Assembly (NCBI GenBank): GCA_963662405.2
Contig: CAXXKT010000001.1
Coordinates: 2,656,001-2,720,000 of the forward strand
Reading direction: 5' to 3'
DNA: 64,000 bases
Source of the DNA: Syntrophales bacterium
Lineage (GTDB): Bacteria > Desulfobacterota > Syntrophia > Syntrophales > UBA2210
The notes under the pieces: generated by a model
Told to the model about the DNA's origin: nothing
The model's database searches: none
The model's input: the letters and a program-made list of their open reading frames with translations, nothing else
Program-made: the position numbers and the translations under genes
Shown: one piece after another, positions 35,098-45,379 of the stretch
Layout: each line of letters opens with the position of its first letter
Numbering within the stretch: the first letter of the stretch is position 1

Positions 35098-36330
35098 TTA
35101 TTGATGCTTCGGGGAGGGCCCGGAGGCCCCGTCCGCCTGAGAGGCAGTGATGACCTTCATCCCCGGTGCGGGGGTCGAGAGATCGGTAATAACGATCCGT
35201 TCACCGTCCGCGATTCCTCCGTTCACGAGGACGATCTGTTCTTCGCGCCAGGCGATCTCCACTTTCCTGATATCGAGCGTTCCGTCATCGCTCATGATCC
35301 AGATCTGTTTGCCGTCCCGCAGGGCCGAGCGGGGGAGGGCGACGACACCATCCAGTTGGGGCCCTTCGATCTCGAGACGGACATATTCGCCGATCAGGAG
35401 GGGCGGGCGGGTGCTCTCCGGGTGTTCCAGGTCGAGCGGATCGTCAACCGTGATCAGGATACGGGCCATCCTCCCTTCCTCTTCGAGTTCTCCCAGCAGC
35501 TTGACGACGTTCCCGGTTCGCTCGTACCCGGCGCCGTTCCCGTAAAGGATACGAGCCTTTGACCCCTCCACCCCTTCGGCGCGGGGGATTGCAATCCACT
35601 TGAGGCGATCGACCGGGACCGACGCGCGCACCCGGTATTCATCCGTCCCCACCAGTTCGGCAAGGGCGTCCTGGGAAGAGACGCGGGATCCCAGATCTAC
35701 ATTCTTTGTCCGGACGATACAGTTAAAGGGCGCACGGACGACGGTACGGGAGAGGTCCAACTCGGCCTGTTTCAGAGCGGCTTCGGCCGCGTCAAGATCC
35801 GCGCGCGCCTTTTCGAGATGGGGTTTGCGCAGGGCCAGTTCGGAATCGAGGGATTCTGCGGATATCGTCCCCTGGAGAACCTCCCATTCCCGTTTGGCAA
35901 CGTCCTGCTGTCCCAGCTCCAGCTTGAGGGCGTATTCGGCGTTGACCACGGCGCTCCGTTGCTCGGCCAGGGCCAGACGGTAGTCCTGATCGTCAATCCT
36001 CAGGATATCTTCCCCCTCCTTCAGATGTCCCCCTTCCGTGAAGCGAGGGTTGATCCTTATAACATCACCGGTTACCCGGGATTTGAGGGTGATTTCCCGA
36101 TGGGGTATGACGCTCCCCATCGCCGTGACGATAACCTGGTGTGATGTGTGCTGAGCCGGGAGGACTTCCACCAGCGACACCTCCCGCACGGGGGGTGTTC
36201 GGTGCGCCTTGGGGGAGGTGCTGCCCAGATACAACGCGATGGCTACAGCGACGATAAGAACCGCGATAGGCAATGCAATCTTGAGTGTCTTTCGACCACT
36301 TGGCGTAATATCCTGTTTCTGTTCTTCCAT
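35098..36330 (-). CDS. RND periplasmic adaptor (MFP)
   Basis: N-terminal TM, lipoyl/hairpin pattern, VRAPF. Confidence 0.92.
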   Translation of the reverse strand: MEEQKQDITPSGRKTLKIALPIAVLIVAVAIALYLGSTSPKAHRTPPVREVSLVEVLPAQHTSHQVIVTAMGSVIPHREITLKSRVTGDVIRINPRFTEGGHLKEGEDILRIDDQDYRLALAEQRSAVVNAEYALKLELGQQDVAKREWEVLQGTISAESLDSELALRKPHLEKARADLDAAEAALKQAELDLSRTVVRAPFNCIVRTKNVDLGSRVSSQDALAELVGTDEYRVRASVPVDRLKWIAIPRAEGVEGSKARILYGNGAGYERTGNVVKLLGELEEEGRMARILITVDDPLDLEHPESTRPPLLIGEYVRLEIEGPQLDGVVALPRSALRDGKQIWIMSDDGTLDIRKVEIAWREEQIVLVNGGIADGERIVITDLSTPAPGMKVITASQADGASGPSPKHQ

Positions 36331-36336
36331 GGACAA

Positions 36337-37779
36337 TTATCCTTTACTCGTATTACCGGGAGTGAGCCCTCCGCCGGGAGTCATCTTGTCGGTCCATGTT
36401 CCCCCCAGGGCGCGGTACAGGGAGACCCGGGCGGTCAGCAGTTCCGCCTTCCGTTGAACCAAGTCGATTTCGAGCCCCTGCACGGTGAGGACCTGTGTCA
36501 AGACGGGAAGGTAGTTATCGATCCCCTTCAGGTACCGCTCACGGGCCTCGCCCAGAGCCCGGGTGGCGGCTTCCCGCTCGGCCTCCACGGCGTCGATATG
36601 CTCCCGGATCTTTTTTTCAGTGAGAAGCGCGTCTTCGACCTCCTTGATTGCCGTATAGACTATCAGACGGTAGGCGGAGAGATTCTCATCCACAACAGCC
36701 CGCCGGCGATCCACCTCCGCCGCTCGATATCCCCCGTCAATGAGAGGCCCCACCAGATTGGCAGCCAGATTGGCCAGCCAGTTATGGAAGAGCAGGTCGA
36801 TATCTGGAGCCTGATATGCCGCCGAGGCGCTCAGGCTGATGCGGGGAAGACGATTGGCCCGTGCCGCGGCGACCTGCCAGTCTGCGGAGCGAAGTTTCAA
36901 TCCCGCCGACCGCACATCCGGACGGGAGGCCAGAAGGTCTGCGGGGAGTCCGGTCCGCGGAATGCCTGGTGGTTCAGGCAGGGTGGATCTGTTGATCGCT
37001 ATCGGCGCACGGGGTGGTTTCCCCAGAAGGAGGGCAAGCTGGTACATCAGGAGCTGTTCCTGTTCCTCCACGAGAGGTACCTGTCCCTTTACCTTCTCGA
37101 CAATCTGCCGTTGCTGGTAGACATCGAGCGCGGTGGCCATCGATTTCCGGTACCGGAGCTCTATCAGTTCAAGGAAGGTTTTATTAATCTGCAGTTGCTC
37201 TTCCAGGATCTGTCTCTGTCTCCTCTGCGATATGATCCCGATCCAGTATTGAGCCACCTCGGCGGCGAGGGTCATGGCGGCCGTGTTGATGTCCTCACGG
37301 GTCGCGGTTGCGTCGAGAATTGTGGCCTCTCGTTCGGAACGGATTCGGCCCCAGAGATCCAGTTCGTACGTGCTTGACAGGCCGAGCGAGTAAGCTTCTG
37401 TGGATATCGTTTCCCGGCTGCCGGTACCGGTCTCAGATCGCCGGCGCGTAAAGGAAGCGCCCCCGGTCATCGACAGATCGGGATACAGCTCCGCACCTGC
37501 CTGGATGGCGAGGGCCTGTGCCTGTCTCAGGCGGGCCCATGCCTCTTTGATGGTGAAGCTACCCGACAGGGCCTCATCGATCAGGGTGTTCAACTCCCCG
37601 TCATTGAATTCTTCCCACCATTGCTCAGGTCGGTCCGCTCCGGAGGAGTACAGGGCGAAGGTCCGAGGAACCTCGCCTGCCGGAGACGTTCTGACAGGCG
37701 GCCTGAAGGGATTGCACGATGAGAGGAGAAAAGCCGCAGCGACGACCAACAACATTATGTTCAGATTCCGACGGTTCAT
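36337..37779 (-). CDS. Outer-membrane efflux lipoprotein (NodT/OprM family)
   Basis: Lipobox LSSC, WWEEF, YELDLWG, RPDVR, LYRALGG. Confidence 0.93.
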   Translation of the reverse strand: MNRRNLNIMLLVVAAAFLLSSCNPFRPPVRTSPAGEVPRTFALYSSGADRPEQWWEEFNDGELNTLIDEALSGSFTIKEAWARLRQAQALAIQAGAELYPDLSMTGGASFTRRRSETGTGSRETISTEAYSLGLSSTYELDLWGRIRSEREATILDATATREDINTAAMTLAAEVAQYWIGIISQRRQRQILEEQLQINKTFLELIELRYRKSMATALDVYQQRQIVEKVKGQVPLVEEQEQLLMYQLALLLGKPPRAPIAINRSTLPEPPGIPRTGLPADLLASRPDVRSAGLKLRSADWQVAAARANRLPRISLSASAAYQAPDIDLLFHNWLANLAANLVGPLIDGGYRAAEVDRRRAVVDENLSAYRLIVYTAIKEVEDALLTEKKIREHIDAVEAEREAATRALGEARERYLKGIDNYLPVLTQVLTVQGLEIDLVQRKAELLTARVSLYRALGGTWTDKMTPGGGLTPGNTSKG

Positions 37780-37824
37780 CCCCCATCCTTAATGCCCGGT
37801 TTTCTTACGTTGTGTTCTAATACA

Positions 37825-37851
37825 GTCGTATCAATTCTACAAGTGGTTACA
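37825..37851 (-). promoter_or_regulatory. Putative ECF promoter for the RND operon
   Basis: TGTAACC-N14-TACGAC. Confidence 0.65.
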
Positions 37852-37927
37852 AAAAAGTTCTCCCATCAGAGAGTACGCGAAAAGCTACTATATAATCTCC
37901 TGAAATTATTGCAAGAGATCTTTTTGT

Positions 37928-37954
37928 TGTAACCGATTGGGCCAGGCGTACGAC
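37928..37954 (+). promoter_or_regulatory. Putative ECF promoter for the spy-ECF operon
   Basis: TGTAACC-N14-TACGAC. Confidence 0.65.
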
Positions 37955-38021
37955 TTAGAGAGCAAAGGAAAAATTCCACAGATAAATCGTAGACAGACAA
38001 AAAAATGAATGGAGGAATACC

Positions 38022-38555
38022 ATGAAATCAACACGAAAAAGCATTGTCGTAACGGCAGTTGTCCTGGCGGTTGTATTTGCCTTTTCATCGGCTGCGATGG
38101 CCCGGGGATTCGGGATGGCCGGCGGAGGATATTGTGCCGGACCCGGACTTGGTGGTCCCGGAGGTATGGGACCGGGGGTTGGAATCCTGCAGGACCTCAA
38201 CCTCTCCGATGAGCAGCGGGATCAGGCCCTCGAGATAACGGAATCCCACCAGATCGGCATGATCAAGGCACGGGGGGATCTCATAAAGGCTCATGATGCC
38301 CTGGGAGACGCCCTCCACGGTGACCCGTTGAACGAGGAAATGGTTCGCCAAGCCTACGAGAAGCTGTCTTCCCTCAAAGAAGACCTCCTTGTTGCCAAAG
38401 CGAAAATGATGAGCGATCTGAAGGCGATCCTGACACCCGAGCAAGTTCAATTGCTGAATGAAAGAACGGCAGAACGATTCGACTGGAAACAACAGCGCCG
38501 CGGTCACGGGAAACCGTCTGCCGGCCGGTGGGGTGGTGATTGTCCCCGGCGGTAA
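38022..38555 (+). CDS. Spy/CpxP-family periplasmic protein
   Basis: Signal peptide; LNLSDEQ and LTPEQ (LTxxQ) motifs. Confidence 0.85.
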   Translation: MKSTRKSIVVTAVVLAVVFAFSSAAMARGFGMAGGGYCAGPGLGGPGGMGPGVGILQDLNLSDEQRDQALEITESHQIGMIKARGDLIKAHDALGDALHGDPLNEEMVRQAYEKLSSLKEDLLVAKAKMMSDLKAILTPEQVQLLNERTAERFDWKQQRRGHGKPSAGRWGGDCPRR

Positions 38556-38738
38556 GAATTCCCCGTTCATGGCGGGAACGGGTGGGTGTCATTTTTTTTC
38601 CTCTCATGCCCTCTCCGTTTCCCGCTTCGCGGGAATATTACGAACATCTGAGGCTTACGCTGATTATTATGCGTTGCATCCTGCCCCCCTTTTTGGTTAC
38701 TATGACGGCAGGTGGAACAGACCATACCGTGTGAATCC

Positions 38739-39341
38739 ATGCAGACTACATCCAGCAAACCCAGTGATCGCGAAATCATCCAACGGATTGCTGGCGGAGA
38801 CGCAGACGCGTTCGCACAGATACTGGCGCGGTACAAGGATCATGTAATGGGCATTGTAAGCAGGCACGTCCCCTTCGACCAGGTCGAAGAGATCGCCCAC
38901 GATACCTTCATCAGGGCGTATCAGTCGCTCGCGACCTTCAGGGGTGAGGATAACTTTCGTCACTGGATCGCTTCGATCACGGTACGGACCTGTTACGATT
39001 TCTGGCGGGAGCGCTACCGGTCGAAGGAAGTTGCCATGAGTTCATTGAATGAACAGCACCAGGAATGGCTGGAAAATGTCATATCGGACACGTCGGACGA
39101 GCAATTCGGTGCCAATGGATCGCGTAAGGAGGCCCGTGAGGTCCTGGACTGGGCGCTGGCGAAGCTCTCCGCCGCGGACCGAATGGTCCTGGAGTTGGTA
39201 TATCTTGAGGGGCTGTCGGTGCGCGAGGCCGCCGAGATGCTCGGCTGGACCGTGGCCAACGTTAAGGTCCGCTCGTTTCGATCCCGGAAAAAGCTCCAGA
39301 AAATCCTTTCCGGGCCGATTGGGGAAGGGGTGATACAATGA
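38739..39341 (+). CDS. ECF RNA polymerase sigma factor
   Basis: Region 2 (DTFIRAY...FRHWI) and region 4 (EGLSVREAAEMLG...VKVR). Confidence 0.92.
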   Translation: MQTTSSKPSDREIIQRIAGGDADAFAQILARYKDHVMGIVSRHVPFDQVEEIAHDTFIRAYQSLATFRGEDNFRHWIASITVRTCYDFWRERYRSKEVAMSSLNEQHQEWLENVISDTSDEQFGANGSRKEAREVLDWALAKLSAADRMVLELVYLEGLSVREAAEMLGWTVANVKVRSFRSRKKLQKILSGPIGEGVIQ

Positions 39342-39658
39342 AAGACAATATGACAAAGATCAGAGAAGCCCTCGCGGTGGCGTATCGGGAAAATGAACCG
39401 GTTTCTGCCGATGAGCTGTGGGAGACGCGTGTGATGGGGCATGTCCGGAGCCTCGGCGCGCCGGTATCGGTCTCCTCCGCAAGTTTCGCCGGGCTCTTCG
39501 GCCGGTTCGTATGGCGTTTCGCCCCGGTTGCCTGTATCCTGATTGTTGCCCTGACGATCGGGTTGGCCAACCTTGATTACACGCCTGAATATGAGATAAC
39601 CGCGTCGTTCATGGCCGATCCGATCGAGAGCGCGGTCGAGCAGGTCTGGGGGACATAA
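39338..39658 (+). CDS. Putative anti-sigma membrane protein
   Basis: Overlaps the ECF stop; single TM. Confidence 0.65.
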   Translation: MKDNMTKIREALAVAYRENEPVSADELWETRVMGHVRSLGAPVSVSSASFAGLFGRFVWRFAPVACILIVALTIGLANLDYTPEYEITASFMADPIESAVEQVWGT

Positions 39659-39670
39659 GGAGAAGGGGAT

Positions 39671-40081
39671 ATGAATAACACAGTAAAGGTCACGATCGGT
39701 GTACTCCTCGTTTTTGTCCTCGGAATCCTTGCGGGAGCGTTCGGGATTCAGGCTTACTTAAAATACCGTACCTCACACTTTGTTCAGAGAGGCCCCGAAG
39801 CCCGGGCGGAGCGGTTCCTGGAGCATCTCTCGCGGGATCTCGATCTGACGGATGACCAGCGGGCCGAAATCGGCACGATCGTGAGAGAGTCGCACCGGAG
39901 ACTGGCCGAGATCAGCTGGCGGTGTCGCCCCGAAATACGGGGTATTATTGAGGGCGATTTCGAGAAGATCCGCCGGGTTCTCACGGATGATCAGCGCCGA
40001 AGGTTCGAGCGGTTCCAAATGCGGTTTTACCAGCGGGGGAAACACCGAATACTCGACCGTCCGCCCCCTCCCCGGAATTGA
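39671..40081 (+). CDS. Spy/CpxP-like membrane-anchored protein
   Basis: TM plus LDLTDDQ and LTDDQ motifs. Confidence 0.75.
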   Translation: MNNTVKVTIGVLLVFVLGILAGAFGIQAYLKYRTSHFVQRGPEARAERFLEHLSRDLDLTDDQRAEIGTIVRESHRRLAEISWRCRPEIRGIIEGDFEKIRRVLTDDQRRRFERFQMRFYQRGKHRILDRPPPPRN

Positions 40082-40692
40082 CCGGGCCGTGAGAGAGGGC
40101 GCCTCTCTCTCTTCCTGTGGCATATTGAGGGGCGGAGTGCTGAAAATCGGCGTACGGAGGCCCTCGGGTGCTCCGTGCTGTTTCGTATAATCCGTATCAG
40201 GTCGCTCACAGGACTATCCGATTCTGCTCCGGAATCAGAAAGACTGGCGCCCATTTCAAAGAGACCGGTTTGGGCGGACATGGTGTACCCTTCGGTCGTG
40301 GTTGTCCCTTCCAGATCCCTCTCGGGGAGGGGTGTCCCCAATGGTAACTGCGGCTTGATATCCGACACAACGAGGTGGTGAGCGTCCCCGATGATTTGTT
40401 CTGAATGAAGACGCGTCCCCCACGGAAATGACCCCGATCCGGCCATGAAAATCGGGAAATCGTACATCGCGGATGGCCGTCTACCGGACGTCACGCTCTT
40501 TGCCACTCCTTCGCTCTCTTACCGTAAAAACCAATCCACGGTCTTTCAAGGCCCGCTTCCGTATTTTCATTCGTTGCCCTTCTTCATCCTTGTTGTTTCA
40601 AGACGCCCATCTACCGAACATCCGGCATGAGGGGCGGCGGCTCGCCCTTGATGCCGTGATCCATGGATTATACGTCAATCACCCAGAACGAT

Positions 40693-40831
40693 ACCCCTTT
40701 TTCTCTTTTCGAAAAACAAGGTCTTTCGAATCGTGCCACAATTCCCCCGTCTTTCCAGTCGATCAAGGCATGCCGCGAGTGATTGATAAGTCGTTGCTCA
40801 ATCGCCAGCTCTCTCACGGTTGGTGGTCAAG
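40693..40831 (-). promoter_or_regulatory. Degenerate copy 4 of the promoter-leader-hairpin element
   Basis: CTTGAC...GAGAGCTGGC...GGGGGAATTGTGG...CCTTGTTTTTCGAAAAGAGAAAAAGG (25/26 match to copy 3); no T tract. Confidence 0.55.
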
Positions 40832-41183
40832 GGGCATCCATGATATGGACCATGATATTCAAAAAGATACAGTGCCCCGGCCCCCCAAGGGCTACTGATC
40901 AATCATTTGGCAAAGAAAATAAAAATACAGCCAGGCCGCGCATCGTATAGTCTGAAATTACACTGACAATACCCTTGACACATAACTTGTCTCCTCTATA
41001 TACTGCGACCAGGAAAAATGGTGGATGCACCGTATCGAAAGATGCGGAGGCCTGCCGATAATCGGATTGCAATCAGGTGGGACATTCTGAATAGGTGACG
41101 AGGAATCTTGTTGCTGTTCGCTATGGATCATTGCCGACCACATTACTCACATCTGTTTCGACTTCAGGAAGGGGGCCGCTGCC

Positions 41184-42407
41184 ATGAAAGAAAAGGTTTT
41201 CTCATGTTCCGTTATCTGTATCCTTACGGTGTTGTTTGTTGTGATGGGGGGCCATGCGTGGGCCGACGATGTCCGTTGGATGCAGGAAGGTGTCCGTGTA
41301 TGGTATCTGGGGGGCGTTGACGGTGAAGGCGCCACCTCCTCAAACGCCGAGGAGGCCTATACGCTGGGTGCCGTGGCGGGGGGCAACATCCCGGTGACCA
41401 AGCATGCCGCCTTGACCCATTGGACGTCTCCGCAGGCTCCCACCACGACGGCCTATCCCCGGGCCGGCATGGGCCCCTGCTGGATACACCCCTTGGTCCT
41501 GGATACCCTGGTAGCGGGAAATTACTGGATGGGCCAGGAGATCACGCTGGTGACGCGCTCGTCTTATACCTACGATACCTTTCCCTACAAGCTCCTTCCC
41601 ACTCAGGCCCTCTTCAACCTGAAATCACCGCGAGAGATCGTGAAACTCTCATACATGATTCCCGGTTCCAGCACGGGCAACGCCTATTTTGATTCGGAAA
41701 CGGGGCTTCTCCTCTACTATCATACCCTCTGGGGTTCCAATAAGATGTTCTTCATCCTGAGCGAGATCAACTACAACTTTGCCACGCGGAGGGCCTTCGC
41801 CGAGGACGACGGACCCCATACGGGGTTCAAATCGTTCACCAGCGAACAGTCGTCGGGTGGGTCTGTCGTCATTCAGTCCCTCGTGGAGACGCGCTACGGC
41901 AATATCATCGAGATGCGGGTCCTTGCGAGTACTTCAGGGATGTATGGCGGCACAGGGTCGGGCGATCTGAATTATTGTTACTTCGGCGATGTTCCCATCG
42001 TGCGATACAAGGACGCGACGGTGGCCCCCAGTTACCCGCCGGAGCAGTGGGACCCGTACGGCGAGTACCTCTGGTGGTGGATCCCCCCCGCCGCGCTGAC
42101 GAAGCCGTCCATTTCGGTCCTTGCCGTTCCTATGACTCCCGCTGGTTCCCCCAATCCCTTTACCGCCACCCAGAGCCCGTCGCGCCTCTACTTTTCCCAC
42201 CTCTGGTTCGGCGGCGACGGCTATATGACCCAGTTCTCCGCCGTAGACACAACGATTAGTCTTAATGTGGCTCCGGGACAGTACCTTTTTCAAAACGGCA
42301 CAACCGTGTACGGTCTCGCGTATTACCGGAATACCATGGGGCTGGCGATTCCAACAGCCGCAGTCACCGTTGCCCCTTCGATACTGGCACCACTCTTGTT
42401 CAAGTGA
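41184..42407 (+). CDS. Exported hypothetical protein
   Basis: Signal peptide (HAWA); aromatic/beta-rich; C-terminus ILAPLLFK. Confidence 0.8.
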   Translation: MKEKVFSCSVICILTVLFVVMGGHAWADDVRWMQEGVRVWYLGGVDGEGATSSNAEEAYTLGAVAGGNIPVTKHAALTHWTSPQAPTTTAYPRAGMGPCWIHPLVLDTLVAGNYWMGQEITLVTRSSYTYDTFPYKLLPTQALFNLKSPREIVKLSYMIPGSSTGNAYFDSETGLLLYYHTLWGSNKMFFILSEINYNFATRRAFAEDDGPHTGFKSFTSEQSSGGSVVIQSLVETRYGNIIEMRVLASTSGMYGGTGSGDLNYCYFGDVPIVRYKDATVAPSYPPEQWDPYGEYLWWWIPPAALTKPSISVLAVPMTPAGSPNPFTATQSPSRLYFSHLWFGGDGYMTQFSAVDTTISLNVAPGQYLFQNGTTVYGLAYYRNTMGLAIPTAAVTVAPSILAPLLFK

Positions 42408-42618
42408 ACCAACTGGTTGTCGGGGCAGGTGTCAGTGCACGGAGTGCGGTGATCTTTCAGAAAGTGATACCTATCACCCGGTTGGAAGAAGGGGGTGCGA
42501 TTTCGACGCATATCCCCTGCGGATTGTAATTACCCTTTGTCCAATTCCGCTGGGTCATTTTATTCGAGAGAACCGGGGGAGGGGAGAGGTATCCCCCGGC
42601 CAAGGGAACCCAACGCTG

Positions 42619-42978
42619 TTAGGTAATCCGGTGGACCTCAAAGCGGACGGCCCCTTCTTCGACCATCTTCATAATCGTGCGCTGCCGGCGTGAGAGATGG
42701 GAGTCGGCCGTCTTGAATTCAACGAGGATGACGGCATCTTCAGTGAACTGGACCCCGTCGATGGGGGTCCCCAGAAATCTGAAATCCTGCGAGTCGTAGG
42801 GATACGATTCCAGAAAGGGCATGAACTGCTCGGTGAGTCTGCCGTACCGGACCGACTGGGATCGTTTCTGCCACCCGAGCATGGCGAGTCTTCGTCTCGC
42901 GGATACCAAGAGTAAAAACAGAATGATACAGACGACGAGCAGGACGATTATCGTCACTTCTTCGGGGTGTAACCTCAT
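42619..42978 (-). CDS. Holliday-junction-resolvase-like protein with N-terminal TM
   Basis: SQSVRYGRLTEQFMPF...FRFLGTPIDGV...VEFKT. Confidence 0.8.
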   Translation of the reverse strand: MRLHPEEVTIIVLLVVCIILFLLLVSARRRLAMLGWQKRSQSVRYGRLTEQFMPFLESYPYDSQDFRFLGTPIDGVQFTEDAVILVEFKTADSHLSRRQRTIMKMVEEGAVRFEVHRIT

Positions 42979-43257
42979 GCTGCTTTCTCCCTTGGCTGAC
43001 TCGTTTCTGACAATGGTTGATCTTTCAAACGCGAGAGATCGATTTGCGTTATCGAACCGGTTTGGGTCTTTACCGGCACCACATCCGTGGTGACTTCAAG
43101 GTGCCGTTTCATACCATTCTTGATGTCGTCCGATCAATCACCTTTATCTCTATTGCTCAGAAATGCCGAAACACGGCTCCTTCATGGCATCCTTTCCCCC
43201 CTTGACTTGCCCCGTTCATGCCGATATCATCCCGATAACCTCTGAAAGGTGGTTCAT

Positions 43258-44034
43258 ATGGGAAATGATGAGGGGATACGACCGCGGGACGATGAAACCG
43301 TCGATGAGTTTTTCCACGGCCGCCTCAGGGTCCTGCAGAAGGAGAAGGGGTACCGCTTCTCGATTGACTCGCTTCTCTTGGCGGATTTCGTGGTTCTTCG
43401 AAAAGGAGACCGGGTGATCGATCTGGGGACGGGAAGCGGTATCGTGGCGCTGATCCTGGCGCTCAGGTCCCCGGAAGCCCGTATTGCTGAGGTCGAGATA
43501 CAGAAAGATCTGGCCGAGATGGCAGTACGGAGTGTCGCCCTGAACGGCCTGGAGGCACGAATCAGGGTCTACCCCGGTGATGTGAAGAAGATTCGGAAGC
43601 TCTTTGAGCCGCAATCATTCGACGTCGCGGTCTTTAATCCCCCCTACCGGAGGCTGAACTCGGGAAAGATCAATCCCAACGGAGAGCGTGCGATCGCTCG
43701 GCACGAGGTCAAAGGGACGATCGAGGATTTCCTCGCCTCCGCCCGTTATCTGGTGAAAGAGGGGGGACGGATCTTCGTGATCTATCCGGCGGCGCGGGGA
43801 GCACACCTCATCGACCGGATGCGGCGGAACGGAATCGAGCCGAAGCGCTTGCGCATCGTACACTCGAACGCTACGTCCGGGGGGGTATTTGTCCTTGCCG
43901 AAGGGATCAAAGGGGCAGGGGAAGAGCTACAGATTATGCAGCCGCTCTTCATCTACCGGGCAGACGGCCGATATTCCCCGGAAGTCGAGGATATCCTGGA
44001 CGGATCATCGCTGAACCTTCCCGATCCGAAATGA
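43258..44034 (+). CDS. trmN: tRNA1(Val) A37 N6-methyltransferase
   Basis: GYRFSIDSLLLA, DLGTGSG, NPPY, IARHE. Confidence 0.85.
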   Translation: MGNDEGIRPRDDETVDEFFHGRLRVLQKEKGYRFSIDSLLLADFVVLRKGDRVIDLGTGSGIVALILALRSPEARIAEVEIQKDLAEMAVRSVALNGLEARIRVYPGDVKKIRKLFEPQSFDVAVFNPPYRRLNSGKINPNGERAIARHEVKGTIEDFLASARYLVKEGGRIFVIYPAARGAHLIDRMRRNGIEPKRLRIVHSNATSGGVFVLAEGIKGAGEELQIMQPLFIYRADGRYSPEVEDILDGSSLNLPDPK

Positions 44035-44107
44035 TCCTTCGGCAATATGGCACGGCGAAATCTCCCCCCGGTTATTTCCGGTTTGCACAATCAGTCAAAA
44101 GGCAAAT

Positions 44108-45289
44108 TCACGAGCAGACCTCCTCTTCAACGATGCGTGGTGATCGGAGAGCGAAGAAGAGTGTTCCGGAAATAAGGAGGATACCTGCTATGGGGAAGAG
44201 GGCCGGAAGACCCACGATATCCATCAAGATTCCCCCCAGGATCGGGCCGATAAAAAAACCGACATTCATGATCGAGTGAAAAATTCCCATTGTGTACCCC
44301 AGGCCGTAGTGCCTTCCCTCCTCAATGAGGAGCGCCGTTGTGGCGGGGAGCGACAAGGTGCCGGAGAGGGCGAGGACGATATTGATCAGAATCAACGTTC
44401 CAAGCGTATCGGCAAAGGGGATGAGAAAGAGAAAAATTCCCGTCATGACGCCCCCCGCAATGACAAGGACTCGTTGATCGCACAGGTCTGAGAGCAGCCC
44501 GACGGGCCTGAGGAGCAGTGCGGTGGTGATGGAACCCGCGGCGATGCAGACGCCAATTCCCAGGTACCCCGGCTGAAAATAGGTGTCGATGAGGATCGGA
44601 ACGAAAATGGAGATGACAATAATGCTGAACGATCGAGCCAGGATAAAGCAGAACAACCCCTGGAGGGTATGATTGGAGAAGATATCATGATAGGGGGTAT
44701 GGGGTAATGTACGGTGCTCGCGGATCCGCCGATCATCCGTCTCGGTGAAAAGGAAGATGCACAGGGCGATCAGGCAGAGAATAACCAGGGTCAGGAACAT
44801 GCCGCGATATCCCAGGATATCGCCGATTCCTCCGCCGATTATCGGCCCGAGGGCAAGCGCGGCATAAAAGGAGATATCAAAGGTTCCCATGGAAGAGGCG
44901 ACATGATCATTTTCCGAGATGTCTCCCACTAAGGCCTGGGCAACGGGACGGACCATGGCGGTGGCGATCCCTTGGAGAAAACGAAGCACAATCAACAGTA
45001 TAAGACTTCGGGGAAGAAAGAAGAAGATGAAGGCAACCAGGGTATGGATGATCAGGCCGGCGATGATAATCCCTTTTCTGCTGTTCCCGTCGGAACACCT
45101 TCCCATGAGCGGGGTGGCGATGATTTTTGCGAGGAAGAAGCCGGAAAATACGAGGGCAACCATGATCCCTCGTCCCGTGAGTTCTTGCGCATAGAGCGGA
45201 AAGAAGGGATTTACTACGGCAAACCCGAGTGTCACGGCGAAGACCGTCGTAAACAGGGACGTAAAAACTCGTTTTTGCTGACTGGTCAT
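44108..45289 (-). CDS. MFS transporter
   Basis: About 12 TM; GRCSD..SRK motif A-like; LRFLQG. Confidence 0.9.
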   Translation of the reverse strand: MTSQQKRVFTSLFTTVFAVTLGFAVVNPFFPLYAQELTGRGIMVALVFSGFFLAKIIATPLMGRCSDGNSRKGIIIAGLIIHTLVAFIFFFLPRSLILLIVLRFLQGIATAMVRPVAQALVGDISENDHVASSMGTFDISFYAALALGPIIGGGIGDILGYRGMFLTLVILCLIALCIFLFTETDDRRIREHRTLPHTPYHDIFSNHTLQGLFCFILARSFSIIVISIFVPILIDTYFQPGYLGIGVCIAAGSITTALLLRPVGLLSDLCDQRVLVIAGGVMTGIFLFLIPFADTLGTLILINIVLALSGTLSLPATTALLIEEGRHYGLGYTMGIFHSIMNVGFFIGPILGGILMDIVGLPALFPIAGILLISGTLFFALRSPRIVEEEVCS

Positions 45290-45379
45290 GGCCGGTATCC
45301 GAAGGGATCATTGAAGCCAGACCTCCGCCGGAGAAAAGGGATAATTCCCTCATCTCCGGCATGGCCCACGGCTGTCGCG

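Noticed and set aside
40082..40690. Gene downstream of leader copy 4
   Set aside because: Only short, mutually overlapping ORFs without motifs; possibly decayed, but not supportable
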